A stretch of DNA of 64,000 nt from Tubulanus polymorphus. Taxonomy: Eukaryota > Animalia > Nemertea. The stretch is from NCBI RefSeq assembly GCF_964204645.1, contig NC_134025.1, forward strand, positions 29,430,299 to 29,494,298, given 5' to 3'. Below are positions 38,003-52,300 of the stretch, piece by piece; the first letter of the stretch is position 1, and each line of letters starts with the position of its first letter. The notes under the pieces are model-generated. The model made no database searches. It had not been told where the DNA came from and worked only from the letters and a program-made list of their open reading frames with translations. The position numbers were made by a program, and so were the translations under genes.

Positions 38003-40842
38003 CTGAAGAGTCAATTGATGAAAAGGTTATTATATGCGGCCAAGCGAGATTTTTCCATTTTTTCAAAGGAAATACAAGTTTTAAGGTATGAATATTTGAG
38101 GCATTCCTTTTTTAAGTGACGTCAAACGTTGAAACGAATGAATCTAATAGCTACTGATACATAATTTGTTTTGCTCTAATTTTGTTATGTCGTCTAGTAA
38201 TTTATCGTCTATAGACTGGATAGACTGGATAGATTATCCCGAACAATACTGTATTCAAAACCTAGCTCATTCGTTATCAATAACCACCGTTATTTATCGG
38301 CGGTTTATGTTGTCAGATAAAATTGATTGGCTGTTCATATATTTATGCGAAAACAATTGTTTTTTTCATCGACACAAGATGAGGATTGTGAAGGCTTATC
38401 TATGACCGGCCAGACTTAGAGTTGAATCAAGACTTCTATGTTCATTACGACGTGCGTCGATAATTTATTCCTAGTTTGCTAAAAAGATGAAAGATGCACC
38501 TTACTTGTTATCTCGGAGTGAGCGAAGTTTTTGATGTTAATTCGAGGGTGTTCTTTTCTCGTGCTCTTGTCAGATGTCGAAAGGAGAAAAAAAAACGTTG
38601 GGACTGGGAATCTTTTTTTCATTGAGAGCCACACGATGTAGTATGTAAATCAAAGGCAGAATGAGGCTGCACGATCCTGCAACTCGTAGAGTTTTAATGA
38701 TTGGTTTTAACTATCACTAGTTATTTAATGTCTCTTCTCCGTTTAACAACTTCATCGTATATGAACGAAGCTGAAAGTGTATTTCTAAGAAGTTTCGATT
38801 TTCAATACATAAGTACATATATAATTATATTCTTCAGCTGGTAAAATAAAGATAGTTATGCCCTCAGGAAGTTGTCTGGGCCTTTTTCCGAGAAGAACGT
38901 GTTTAGCACACGAAGTACAAAGAGCTCTGTCGTGTAGACCGTATCATTTCATTTCGCGCACAGTGGCTGATGGTATATAAGAGGCGTCAGCCAAGTGAGG
39001 TCATTTTATGGTATGTAGTCTGCTATGTGAGGTCGGAAGCGGCATTTTCAGTATGGGATCTGTTAAGTGACGTGAGACTTTCTTTAAGTATGGAGTTTGC
39101 TATGTGAGGTCGGAAGGCGACATTTTGGAATATTTAGAGGTTATACGTTGTACAGCCTCATTATCACTGATTCGCCGTAAGGGTTTCTTCGTGAGATAAC
39201 ACACAACACTGCTGTAGATCTTTGCCTTACTCCATTGACACTGCCGACTAGCAGTTATCTGAAACGTCATATTTAGCCGAGCAGCCAATTTTCTATAAAA
39301 TAGCTTTACAGAACTCCTTGATGTGGGTAATATCAGTTACAGCGCAGTCGACAATACCCTGCGGTCATTCACTCAAAACCCGCCGCGGCACGCGTGTCAC
39401 GTGACTCGGTGAATCGGTGTGTTAATCGTAGGCACTCTTTACAGCTGAACGCGGCTAATCACTTTACTTGTGTATCATTCCGCATTCGGGGATGTTTTTA
39501 GCACGCTTGATTAAACCCCAATATCGGCGATAGCTTATTGAATTATGAATACTTTGATCGGTCGTGCCGAGTGGGGAACGGAAGAACCTGGTAAATACAA
39601 TATCCGCTCCCGTCATATTCAGTTACAACCATTCGTTAATTACATTAACTGATTCTCGAAATATGCGAGAGATTTCTGAGAATAGTAACGCTCTCAAATA
39701 CATCCATTCGATTTCGGATATCGAATAACTAAGTGCTTCTGACAGAGATCTAGTAGAGAAACTAAACCCGAATTGATGGCATATCAACAAGTAACGACGC
39801 ATACGAGTTGTTTGGTTCCACTAAAGCCATGATTGCACCCATCGAGATAGTTTTGGCAGAAACTCCGCTTATCCGATCTTTCTCTCTTCGGTCTGGTGAA
39901 GATGGCGATGATATATTTGTAACACCAACTCGTAAGCAACTGTCACTAGGACTATTCATGGTTGGTGACAATCTGTGACAGGAGCTTAGTGACCAGAACT
40001 GAGTAAAATCCGATCAGCGAATTTTTTCAATCATCCCCGACACAAAATATCATCACTAATATGCCGGGGAACGTGGCTTCTGGATTTGGAAACATTTTGT
40101 CCTCCCACTCGTGGATTTCAGGTTATAACGTAGCTATTTATAGCACTTTGACATAACTCGCGGTCATCAACTAAAATAATCCCCATGTGATGATCCGTTG
40201 TAAAAACCGCTCGTTGGCCACATATACCGCGCGTTATCTGCGAAAAGGCTGGAGATATATTCTAAGAAACACGAAGAACATGAATATTTTTACGCATCGT
40301 TCAGGCGGTTTCTGTTTCCCCGCGGTCATATTAATCTGATTATGATAAAATCGTGATGATGTTAAAAGCAGAGCCGAGGGAAGGCGATACTGACTGCCGT
40401 GTCATCATAGTTCGGATTCGCTTAATGACCCGCTTCCCTCGTATCGATTTCAGTCACAACTGTGGTTAAGGCCTCAGTTTTTATTACTGTCACTGATCGA
40501 TGTAAGGCGATGGTTTCATAATTTCCTAAAGATATGTGTGTGTGAAATAAGCTGATCTATTATACACTATACGCGTTACACATTGGAAATATTTTCATTT
40601 AGGAGTTTTTTTCGAAATCTAGAGGAGAATATCGGAAAATATCAAAGTGACACTTGACCACAGCTGTTCGCTTTAAACTGTGCAAATAGTTCTTAATGAG
40701 CGCATGCAATAATTAAGGTTATAAGAACTCTATAACATATGTTGAAACATAGATAATGAATAATTGTTTTCGCGTGTTCAGTTTTCCTGAAAGATGATGA
40801 TGTATTCTAAACATGTTCACTAATCCTTTTTACGATGAACTC

Positions 40843-40950
<108 letters not shown>

Positions 40951-43900
40951 GAAACCAAACTGACATTCGTGTTATTTCACGAACACCAGGGCGCCAGTTA
41001 TTGAGTACATCTATCGTAATTCGTCGCTATTTTCCGTTAAAATATTGTATATAGTATCGAATACGACATCAAATATATATGACGTATTTTCGATTAGTAT
41101 TTTTAGTAAAGCGGTTCAAACCGGTGCGTTAATCAATCGGGATTCTATCACAGCCTCCCCTCGTAATGCGTATTGGGCTGGTGTATATTAAACCTGATGA
41201 ACCAGTTTGATCAGCTGTGGTCAGACTGTGAAGCATTCCGCTGATACTAACATTCATATAATCCACCCGTGTGCCTCGTCACGTTAGAACAACTGAACAT
41301 TTTTCTGCTTTTACGACTTTTTGTGGTCTGAATATTATCTGATATGGATGATATACCAGTCGAATTCCTGGTAAATCTCACCACGGTATTATCCCCGCGT
41401 GTAGAAGAGTCGTTTGCGGACATTTTTCCCTTATTGATATTACTGGTCCCTTCTGAGATTTCTATTTTGTTCAAAAACACCAAAATTACTTAACTCATCA
41501 AACCAGAAACTTCATTGCTAGTTCCATGTAAAACCCGATGATAGGCTTACCCTTTGAATGACTTATCATCTCCAAACGAATGCTGCAACGAGCCACGAAT
41601 AGTGTAATAATCCACACGATGACGGTCAGACCAGTACTGCTGGTTGTAACAGTAGCGATCACAGAAATACAGGCGGCAGAATCGTGAATAATTATGAGTC
41701 TCGAACAATACCGGATATAATAATTGTTTATATACCGGTATTATTAGTAGTTATTCCAGTAATAATAACATCTATAGTTGCATTGTACCGATGGTATATT
41801 GTTATCAATGTTATAATAGCGCATCGTTTTGTCTCTTCTCTTGTCGAGTCAGGTGTTGAAGCAACGCTGGCTTCAATACGTAAAAGTGCTAGAAATCGCA
41901 GTAGTACGAAGCCCTTAGGATATAGCGTTCGTATCGTTATGAAATACGATACGTTAAAATGAGAGAAATGGATGACAGAATGACAGATACGCGTGTATTG
42001 CGAATATGAGGGTACTGACAGTGACGTCCCCACCCGTTATTCTTGGCTGATTCGTTTAAAAGTCTGAAACCTTTTAGCTAGATTTTCAATATGATGAACT
42101 AGAAAGTTGCGATTGCCACGTTCGATTTCCTGGGTTAATCAGACAGTAATGGGACCACGGGAAATTGAAAATACCAAACACATTGCATACTTCATCGAAA
42201 AAACTTACTTTGTAAAAAGTTTACTTCATCGTTTATTACGTTGGAGGAAAGCCTTCACGATGGAACTACTTTATCTATTCTACACTGACTGAAAGATGTC
42301 TTCGCCATCGAAGTCAATTGATTGATATGAGCCTATGAAATGGATTTAATCAAACGGAATCTTTCAATTCATAAAACTACTAATAAAGGCCTTTACCGAT
42401 CGAAATCCGTTATACCCTGAAAAATACTGCCCAAAAATGATTTTACATGTGGACTTTTACGTATGAACTTCGATAATCCAACCCCGATACATGCAAACAG
42501 ACATCATCGATTAAGTGAACCGAGATGAAAATTGCCGATCATCGTGTGACCCCAGCTGGTGCGTAACGCGCTAATAGAATCCGTGCGGAATTCCAGTAGC
42601 GCCTGGGGGCGACTGTCCATCGAACTACCACAAACCAATTCAAAAATTGATGACACATTAAATTCATGATATAGCAGTGAAGTATTTGATCATGGGTCAT
42701 TCCAGATCTATCCACCTGCCGCGTTTAAATTCAATATTCTCACATCAGAATAAGTCTGGCAGTTTGGAATGAATTTATCAAATGTTGATTCAGTTTGTCG
42801 GCCACATACCAATATATCACACGCGTACACACACGCACACTTATTAATGGCCATTTAGAAAATTGTAATATCCATTCCGCAAATCTGTGAAATATTAGAA
42901 TTCTGTTCGAAGTATGAACCCCACATCGACTAACACCTCGAATAGGAGAGAGTTATTTCACTATCTAAAAATAGTCATTTTCTGAAAATTGCGATCCAAA
43001 ATTTCAAAATCCTGTACAAAAATATATCAATTTAAAGAGGATGTTGAATAATAATGGATTTCAGTAAGAGCGGACTTTTAATAGCGTAAATAAACATTTC
43101 AATAGGTTTTAATATTTCCCTGGTAATTTCAGCGATGCGCAATAAAAAAACACTGCTTTGAATATGAAGTTACAGCGAACCATCATTTATTACTGAATGT
43201 GGAAAGAGTGAAAGTTCAGTCACTGTAAAGAAACTGCACGCCGTCGATTCGTTAACGAATAACAATACCGTCGTAAGATTGAACGTCCCGATATTTGGTT
43301 GCTGATGATGAATCGATGCCGGGCTGCTGGGATACGGTGATAAATGATGCTACCTGCCCCTGAAGAACGATAAGGCTCGCTATATACACAATGATACGCG
43401 TCATATAACACTTCATTGGCTCCTAGGAGAGATGAATAAGTGGGGTTACCACAAAAAAATCTTTCGGGATCTTTTATCGGCAAATTCATCAAAGTCGACT
43501 CAACCTGTATTAATATGGCAGATATATGTAATTGCATCTTGTTTTCAAGGACATTTTACCCAAGTGGTGTTTCATTATTTTTTTGGCTAACGAACATGAA
43601 CAATTCTCGTAAAAGACTCTCGTGAATGATGTCTCATTAGTTAAGATATAATTAGATGCTATCGTAGGTATGTGAGATGAGTCTGTAACTCCATTCCGCA
43701 GTCTCTCAAAGACCAGCGTTGGAATTATTGTATCAACGTCTTTTGATGACGATAAAAGCAGCTATGACATCCTCGGGATCGTCAAGAAATCATAAACGCA
43801 AAATCCTTTTTTTCAGAGACGCGCGCAGAGGCAGTCAATATACTAGCTTTGATTAGCTGAACTTTTCACACTGATACCAAAAGCGCTCTTTTCTTCGGAG

Positions 43901-46050
43901 TTCCCGTAAATCAGGGAAAACATGACAAAACATGCTGAATAAAATCCTTGTCATCTCGCTTAATTCTGCCTGCGTGACGATCTCGAATCACGGTAGGACT
44001 ATAATCACTAGCGGTAGAAAGGTAAGGGTCAAATTGTCTTTGCACACCATGGTCTGATTAAACTCTAGTCTGTTCAACGTGACTAGTGCCTGGTGCCGTG
44101 AAAGAAGCCAGCGCGCACTGAAAAGAGACTACTATACAATCGGGGAAATTGGTAGCTTGTCGATGGGATTACCTGCGAGAAAATGTCTCTGATTGTCCGC
44201 ACTAAAATGGCCGATCTTGAAGACGGGTAATCTAGAAAAAATCATCAAGAAGTAGCCTCCGTAATACCAGGTGACATTATGATGGATGACCGCTATCAAG
44301 TATTCTTAATAAATTGATGAGTAAAACCTCTTCGTCGGTCGTTAGAAAAGGCGTTTTTATTTGTTATACGACCAGAACAAACGTCTTTCGAGATAATTAC
44401 TGTACCTCCAACATGCAGAAATACAATTCCCGAGTTTTGTTCGGCGAAAAGAAATGTTTATCTTACTTTACTTAACATCAAAAATTCATAAATAGGATAA
44501 ATTTTTGTTAACATGTTTAACGATTAGAACGTTCGTTATCTATGGTAATGCGTAAAGATTCTATTACACGTGTTTTATTTGTGATAGCATCCAGTCCGCC
44601 CATCAACAGCCCACATGCTGTTATTTTGCGAGGACAATTAACAACGAAGAAAATATAGACTCCATAAAACCCATAAATATAAGTTACAACATACCATTAT
44701 TAGCACAATGCGCTTAGGAATCCGTGATGCTTGTTGAATATGTGATCAGCTATGTAGTGATTCCTATAGGTTAGTGATATGTAGTCGAGAGTATTTGAGA
44801 GTAGAATTCTACTATAGACTGAAAGTTGAACGCGATATTGATTGTAAACCCAGTAACATGTGTTTCACCATATTTCGATTCGATATATCAGTTTTTTTGC
44901 CCCGGGTTGGTTATGACGGACGCGACATATTGCCAGCTCGCTCCGTTCGATCGATTATAAAAATACAGTAACCCGAAACACATGGTACATTTTTACTTGT
45001 TCGTTCTTCCGAGAAATGAGCGTTGACGGAATTTTCTGTTTCGGATTTTCGATTTCTAAAAACGCGCAGATTCTCTTGTTCGACGTTGTAAAGAATCAGC
45101 GATCTGGATGCACTATTGCCTCGCCCAATGACGCGCATGAAAAGGTTTAATTGTCTAAAGTACATTAATGGTTTGGATAAACTGAATACCTTGAATAAAC
45201 AAAATGATATTGAATCTGAATTTGAATTTAGGGGCCCGCAGTGAACTTCGTGTTTTTATAAATCATCAGGATAAGATTCGCACGGTTCGGACACGGTATT
45301 GCTTCACGGGATGAGATGTGTTTGGAATTAGACACGACTGATATAGCGGCGGTGTTTAATGGTGTAGTGAGACACATTAATTCATATCTTAAGCTCACAG
45401 AAGCAAATTGTCTGATCATTTTATAGCGGTAGCGGTAGACATAGAATCGACCGGGATTAGAAAGACCGTTTGCGATAGCACGTCTCATCCTTCTACGCAA
45501 TAGAACTCACGCGTAGAAAATTCAGTCGAGGGGAAACTAATGAAAAATTTCCCCGGCAAATATGCATCGAATATTAATACTTTGAAATCTACAATTATAT
45601 TTTTCATTTCAATCACACGCGATTTTGTACCCGCGTCGTTATACGGTTGATTCAAGGCGTAGAAGAATCTTGTTTAGTTTGAAAATGATAAACGACAGAG
45701 CGGTGTTAGTCGACTAATTGCCATGGGAAATTCCTCCTTGCGCGGCACGTTCATTTTCAGTCAACATTTTTTTTTAAGTTTCAACTCGCTGAAATACTGC
45801 TCTTTTCGTTTTCTAAGTTGCCGTTATCGACCGTTCTGACGTTCTCGATAAATCTTACTATAATCCGAACGAAAGCCAATTATACGTTTGACAGCTATAA
45901 CCTAGCTAGATACGATCGAAAGATAATCTTTCATATTCCATTAATCAATTGCTAAAATAATCCCCAACGGGTTTTAATAATAAGAAACAACGACTGACAT
46001 CAGCGACATAGGCAACTTCTAATTAACACCAACATATAGTTTATTGCCAA

Positions 46051-46316
46051 TAAGGATTTATAATACAGCGGCTGTATTAAAAATCCTTAAAATGTTCATT
46101 ACACACAGACTATATTGGCTGCCAACATAGTCTATGTGTAATGAGCATACAGCGGCTGTATTAAAAAATCCTTAAAATGTTCATTACACACAGACTATGT
46201 TGGCTGCCAACGTAGTCTATGTGCAATTAGCATACAGCGGCTGTATCATAAATCCTTAAAATGTTCATTACATAGACTATGTTGGCTGCCAACATAGTCT
46301 ATGTGTAATGATGAGC
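46051..46316. repeat. Three tandem 84-85-bp units, each built from palindromes
   Basis: Units start at 46063, 46147 and 46232. Each has atacagc-g-gctgtat and the long hairpin cattacac(a)(c/t)agactatgttggc-t-gccaacatagtctatgtgtaatg. Confidence 0.92.
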
Positions 46317-49300
46317 AGTTCGTAATTTTTTCCGACTGCGGTCCAGGATTGAGTCGCTGTAGGAATTATCGTGTTGAATTTCCGAACAAACGGCTGCAGC
46401 CGTGGATTATTTAAACAGCATTTCATGCGGATTCTAGTGGCTAAAAACGTAATCAATCATATAATGGAAAATCATTACCTAATTGGAAACGTTAACAATG
46501 TAGTGTTTAGTATATAGTGATAACACGTATCTGTACATCAAAGATATCATCACCAGTTCAGCGGCCGTGTCCGCAATCTAGCCTTGATGAGAAACAAGAC
46601 GCGAAGACAATTCCTAGAAATATGTCAGCTAATAGACGAAATAATTTCATTCCGTTCAACCTCGCGATCGACGTTTTTACCAGTTGAAGAGCCTGGTTCG
46701 AGTCATCACGAAGAGATTAAATTGTCAAATCCAATTTAACGACCTTCTTTTCGACGTTGATCGCAGTCTGGTAAAATCCTCAAATGAAATTCAATTAAAC
46801 GTGTCACTTAAAGAACGGCGATTTCGCGAACAGCGGTGCGAGTTAGAGACAGACATTTTGACGGATAACGTAAAAGTGTTCATCCCAAGGCAATAAACGT
46901 TTTTGTCTGCCATTTATGGTAAAATTTTGTCTTTGATGCTTTATTCCGCAAGTCTGTTCTACGGGTTTTCGCTTAGTTGTTTATAGGGTTTCATAAACGT
47001 CGAGATGAAATGACTTTTCTTCCAAAAGAAATGATTCTCAATAACTGGCGAAAAAGCTTTTAATCGACTTGAACGGCAGATTAACTATGATAGATCATTT
47101 ATTCGAATGAATCTGTGAAATAGATTTTCACTTATTGCCTCTTATGAAGTTGGAAAACTATTATCAAAAGCTTGTATCAAAATTATTTACAATAGATAAT
47201 GAAAGATGAAAAACTAAACATGGAGAAATACGATGAATCGTGTTAACGAAAAGAAATAAATTCAACAGAACGATGTCAAAAACACTTGGATCTGAATCAA
47301 TTTAATTTATCTTTTATCTTCGTGAAAGTAGCGTTATGACTGGCTCCATTGATATTGCATTTACACTCGAAAACTCAACGAATTTTAGTGCGAAATACTC
47401 GAGTTATCGTTTTGTTTAACAGGTTTTTAGTTCAACAGCATTTACGATTCTTGGTCTCAATCAAATCGCGCACCATTTTTAAGTGTGCTCATCTAAAAGC
47501 TATGAGAACGGCTTTCCTTTGGCTATTTGGCATGGAATGGTTCTTCAAAGATCCGATCCAATGGATCTAAAGGTTCTTCATAAATCGTTAAAGGATTTAC
47601 CCTGGAAGGTTCTACAGTAGACCCATTTGAGTGTAGTTCATCTGAGAATATCCCAGGTGGATAAAAGCCCTAAAACAACTCAGGATATAAGTTAATAAAT
47701 GGTCATTCAATGGTCATTCGCTTCTAAATATGTATCAGAGATACTAATGACGTCAAAAATTGAGGATGTTACTGTCCGTCTGACAGACAACGCACAAGGC
47801 ACCGAATTACACGATTGAGTGGAGACTTTGATTAGTGTGGCTGCGGAATTTGTGGCAAAAATAACCGGATGGGTGCTTGATTCTTTCAAAACATGAAATG
47901 TGCACAGATCGCTTCTGTAGTTGACCAATGAGAACAAATGTCTGAAAACAACATTTGTTCGTTCACAAGAAATCATATCGTATACTTCAAATTGTCTCTA
48001 CAGACTCGGAATCGGTTATTGGTGAAGATGACAAAAAAAGTTTCGACTTGACGAGATATTTTGCTCGATGACGCAATGAAAATAATTTGCGGCAGAAATA
48101 TGTTTTACCATAAACATCAATTTTTTAATATGAAAATGTATAGTTTTAATAATATTGCAGCTATTGTAGAGAGGTTTGGAATATATGAAGTTTTGCGAGC
48201 TTTATAAACGGAGGAAAAATATCCCCAATATGAAAATATATATCAAACTGAATTGGCGAGTAGGGCAGCGCTATCGAGTGAGTCTTCAGCCTTTCAAGTT
48301 AGTAAAAGAAGTAGCTTGTATAAAACTATGAGTCGTATTGCAGCAGTACTGTCTGGTGTCCATAGCTGTCACATGCCCGGTTACACGATGACGGTTTCAT
48401 AATGCAAACGACGCTATCATATTTCATGGCTGAGAGGACGTCTCAATCGCAAAGCGAGATCGCGATTACCACTAGAGTGGCCATTCGAATACTCTAAACT
48501 ATGGACGCCAGTCTCCCACTAAACACCATATTGAATATGAGTATAACCTTTCCAATATATATGAGTGATGGAAATCTATCGACGTCAAAATAATTACATA
48601 AAAACAAAAAAGAACAATATGGCGGTCATCTGAATATTTCGAGGATCATTCATTGTAATGGCCAATATGGCGTCGTCACGTTACAAAAGCACGTGTAAGC
48701 GCGACCTCTAAACGATGTTATCCTCGCGACTAGACCGCGCCAAACAAATGCGGCCGAATTAAGAAATTACAAAGACATTAAAAATCAAGACTTCGAAAAT
48801 GACTTTCCAAAACGAATCGTTCGTTTAATTGAATTAATTCGATTGGTTTTAAAATTGAAGGAGTGACATTTCTGATCTCGACGTTAGAATATAATTTGAT
48901 TAGTAGGGCTGATTGAATCTTAAAAGCATTTTTCACGCAGAGCACCGTTTTTAATTTTACACCGCTCTCTCCCTCTCCCTCCCTCTCCCTCCAACTCCCT
49001 CCATCTCCCGTCCTCTCGGAGCTAAGTTGAATCGACCTAATTCTATTCTACAATTCTTAATTCGTCTTCGAATGGACTATCGTTAGATATAAATTAGACC
49101 AAGTTAATCATTAAAGTATAACCTCATTTCGGGGACTTATCGATGTTTCATCGAAGTCGCGTTTGACTACAAAGAAACTTTTGATATTTGATCATGTAAC
49201 TCGCAGTTGCGATCAATTTGTAGAAATTTCAGTCAATATTTGCCCGGTTTGTTTAACGAGCCGGTAGGTTATAAAACTCTATCTCTTTATTCATCACCTT

Positions 49301-52300
49301 GTATTTATCGCGTTTATTGATATAACAGCAGAGGATACCTGCGCTTTCCCCTCCTACGGATTTTAGTATTACGCTCCCATTCAGGCCTATATTTGCTGAG
49401 AATTAGACCCCGCTAACGTTTTAAGTTGGCGTAATGGCTTTCGCCGCGTTTCCATTAGAAATTTGTTTATACACAGAATCGCCGCTTTATAGAATTTGTG
49501 GGTGTTTTTCGCCGGAAAGAATACCGCGTTCGTTTTGAAATTTCCTCTTGGAATTTCATCTTTGCAAAGAATATCTTCATTCTCCCACCTCACTAAAACC
49601 GACGCGAGGCAAACACTCTGTTCGCCTTTGTTTTCTTAATTGATTCCTCATTTAGGCAAAACGCGGGTGCTTTTCGACTTCAAAAAGCGACAGCCCACGA
49701 TGTGTTTTTTGTTCAGAAACTCATGAATTTCACCCTAAACACGGAATGTTTGTCGTATTCGGTTTGATTATTCCGTCGACAAACGACGAGGTGAAAAGCA
49801 AAAACCTCCGAGACCAAAAGCAACCAACCTATTTAAATATTGGATAAATCGAAAAGACAGGTTGATCGAGTTTTTGCATATTCGTGAAAAAAGTCCTCTT
49901 GCAAACAGGCGATGAGCTAGATTTCCCAGGACACCGAACTAGATGTATTTCGTACGTGGCGTCTTCGCCACATCGAAAGGCAAGTAAATTCTTTAGGGAC
50001 ATTGAAACTAGTGAAACATGCACATACGAGTGAGACATAAGACTGTCTGTTGTGTATTCGTTTCTAGCGGGGCAAAAATACGACTGGGATCTCATTAAAT
50101 GAGGTTATTCTCACCTCGAGTTGTGCTTCCATATTCTTCCGGGATTTACATAGACTTCGTTCCATAAAATACGTCTATAAAAGCCGTCGACGCATTTATT
50201 TTCGAAACAAAAATCGGTGATTCAAAATTAGAAATACTTAGACCACGTATTATTAGCTTTTTGGCGAAGAGCCGGGAAAATATAAGTGACAAATTTGAAA
50301 ACTTATGGGAAAACATAAATCATGCTTTGCCTGACAGATCGTGACACTAAACCCGTGCGTATTCATATACGAGATGATAAACCGCGGAATATCTGTGTGA
50401 AGTTACGACTCGTTCTCAGAGACGGCTGACTAAATATCAAACTACTCTCCGTCTAGATGATTTCGCATTTAATATCGAGGTGTTGAACATAGAAATTTTA
50501 TGAAAATAATCCGAACGCGAATTACCGAATAAATTGGTGTCAGAAATTGTGGGATAATCTGCGACAGAATATAATTAAAGCATGTGGCACTCAGATTTAA
50601 ATAATTCATATATAAAAAATATGAATATATAAACCATATATGAATTCCCTGTTTTGTGAAATAGGCTGCGACAGGTGGTTTTTTCATACGGGTTTGGACC
50701 GTCAGGCCGAAAAACCTATATGACTATTCCATAAACTGAAATATCATTAGAATACCAGCTGATAATTGACTGACTTTTAATGTTACGTTTCAATAAATGG
50801 AACCCTGAACAATATTGCACGCTTTCCCCTTGGTTACACATACTATTACGTTTCCCGATACGACCTCGTAAATTGCCGCGCAAAAAAAAACTGGGTTCTG
50901 CGAAAATTGGTTTGACAATAGTCGGGCGGAGAACTGGTCAATTTAGGGACTGATGGCTGTGTCGATTATCGAATGTCTGATATCGCCACACGTCACAATC
51001 ACTTCCATTCGTCACATTGCTACTGATAGGAAATAAATGGTTAGATTCCGACGCGCAATCCCAATAATCCAATCGTCAATAGCAAATTGTTGTTACATCG
51101 CTGTGTCACATGACATTACCGACATGTTCCGCTGGACCTATCGTCATCGCTTCGCTGCCTTTATTACTAATAACTTCACAAAACAGCATGAGCAAGAACA
51201 GTAGGGGTAAAAAAGTCATCGTAATCACGATCGAAATGCAACGATAAGCTGGTCCTAACCTCCTAACCGTCACTGTGTTCTAAATCCCAGTCTAAATGAC
51301 CACCTTCATGGTCAAAAAATGGCTCGTTGTTCAAATTCAACCTAGACTGTCGAGCTGGTTTCTGTTCGGAGTCCAAATTCTGGGTGACTTCGACAAACAA
51401 TCTAAGTAATGCACCCAATATTGTTTGGTTTGGTCACATCTTAACGATGGAAGCCGAGAATAACATTTCAGCACAATGAATGCACTCAGTACGGTATATA
51501 TCATCACATTTATCCCCTCTAAAATATAACAACTGTAAAATCTAATTGCGACCTTATCTTCACAAAACTTAAAATACGAGAGGTAATTAGAGGAATTAGA
51601 TACAAGTTAGATAAGTAAGACTAATGGATGAGATCTGTCGAGGATTGTGGTAGATTTATACCGTGGATTTTACTAATTCTCTCTTAAACATCACCGTTAA
51701 ACCATTTACGGGGGGATTAACATTGAAACAAATGACATATCCCAGCGACAAAGAGTTTACCCAGTAAACCAGACAAATATAGGGGTATTGGGTTATACTA
51801 TCGACATCGAAACCAATATTGAAATTCGATATTTCGACGACCGACCTGGTAAACCATTGTACAGTACATACTCACAACTCAAACGTTTATCGGGAAATCG
51901 GAGATAAGAGGAACCCGTTTAGATTTACCATTCGATTCTTTATCGATGGCCCTTAAACTACATTTACCATACAAGTAAATGACAACTGTTCGTTCGGTAC
52001 TTTGGGTGCAACGATTGTTAAAAATTGCTAAAACTTTTTGATAATGGTTTTTCAAATAGATTCCTATTGTCATATAGCGGAAAGTAAGAAAAATTTCACT
52101 TGAAAAAGTCGATCTGATTTTATTTAGTTTGTATTCAAACACTTTCTATGATCCATTAACTAAGTTTAAGTAGACGAAGGGTGTAACTGTAACACTTGAG
52201 GCGTAGACTGGAGTTGAAATACGATATTCCTGAACAAGTCGCGTTAATGTTTCGGAGTTGATGATTTTGTTTAGTTATTCATGAAAAACTAGCTACGCCC

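Noticed and set aside
41684-42033. Overlapping ORFs, one with a hydrophobic TM-like stretch
   Set aside because: Non-ATG starts, AT-driven Ile/Val bias and no family motif; more likely non-coding.
46051-46316. CRISPR array interpretation of the palindromic repeats
   Set aside because: Units repeat in full with no unique spacers, there are no cas genes, and the context is eukaryotic.
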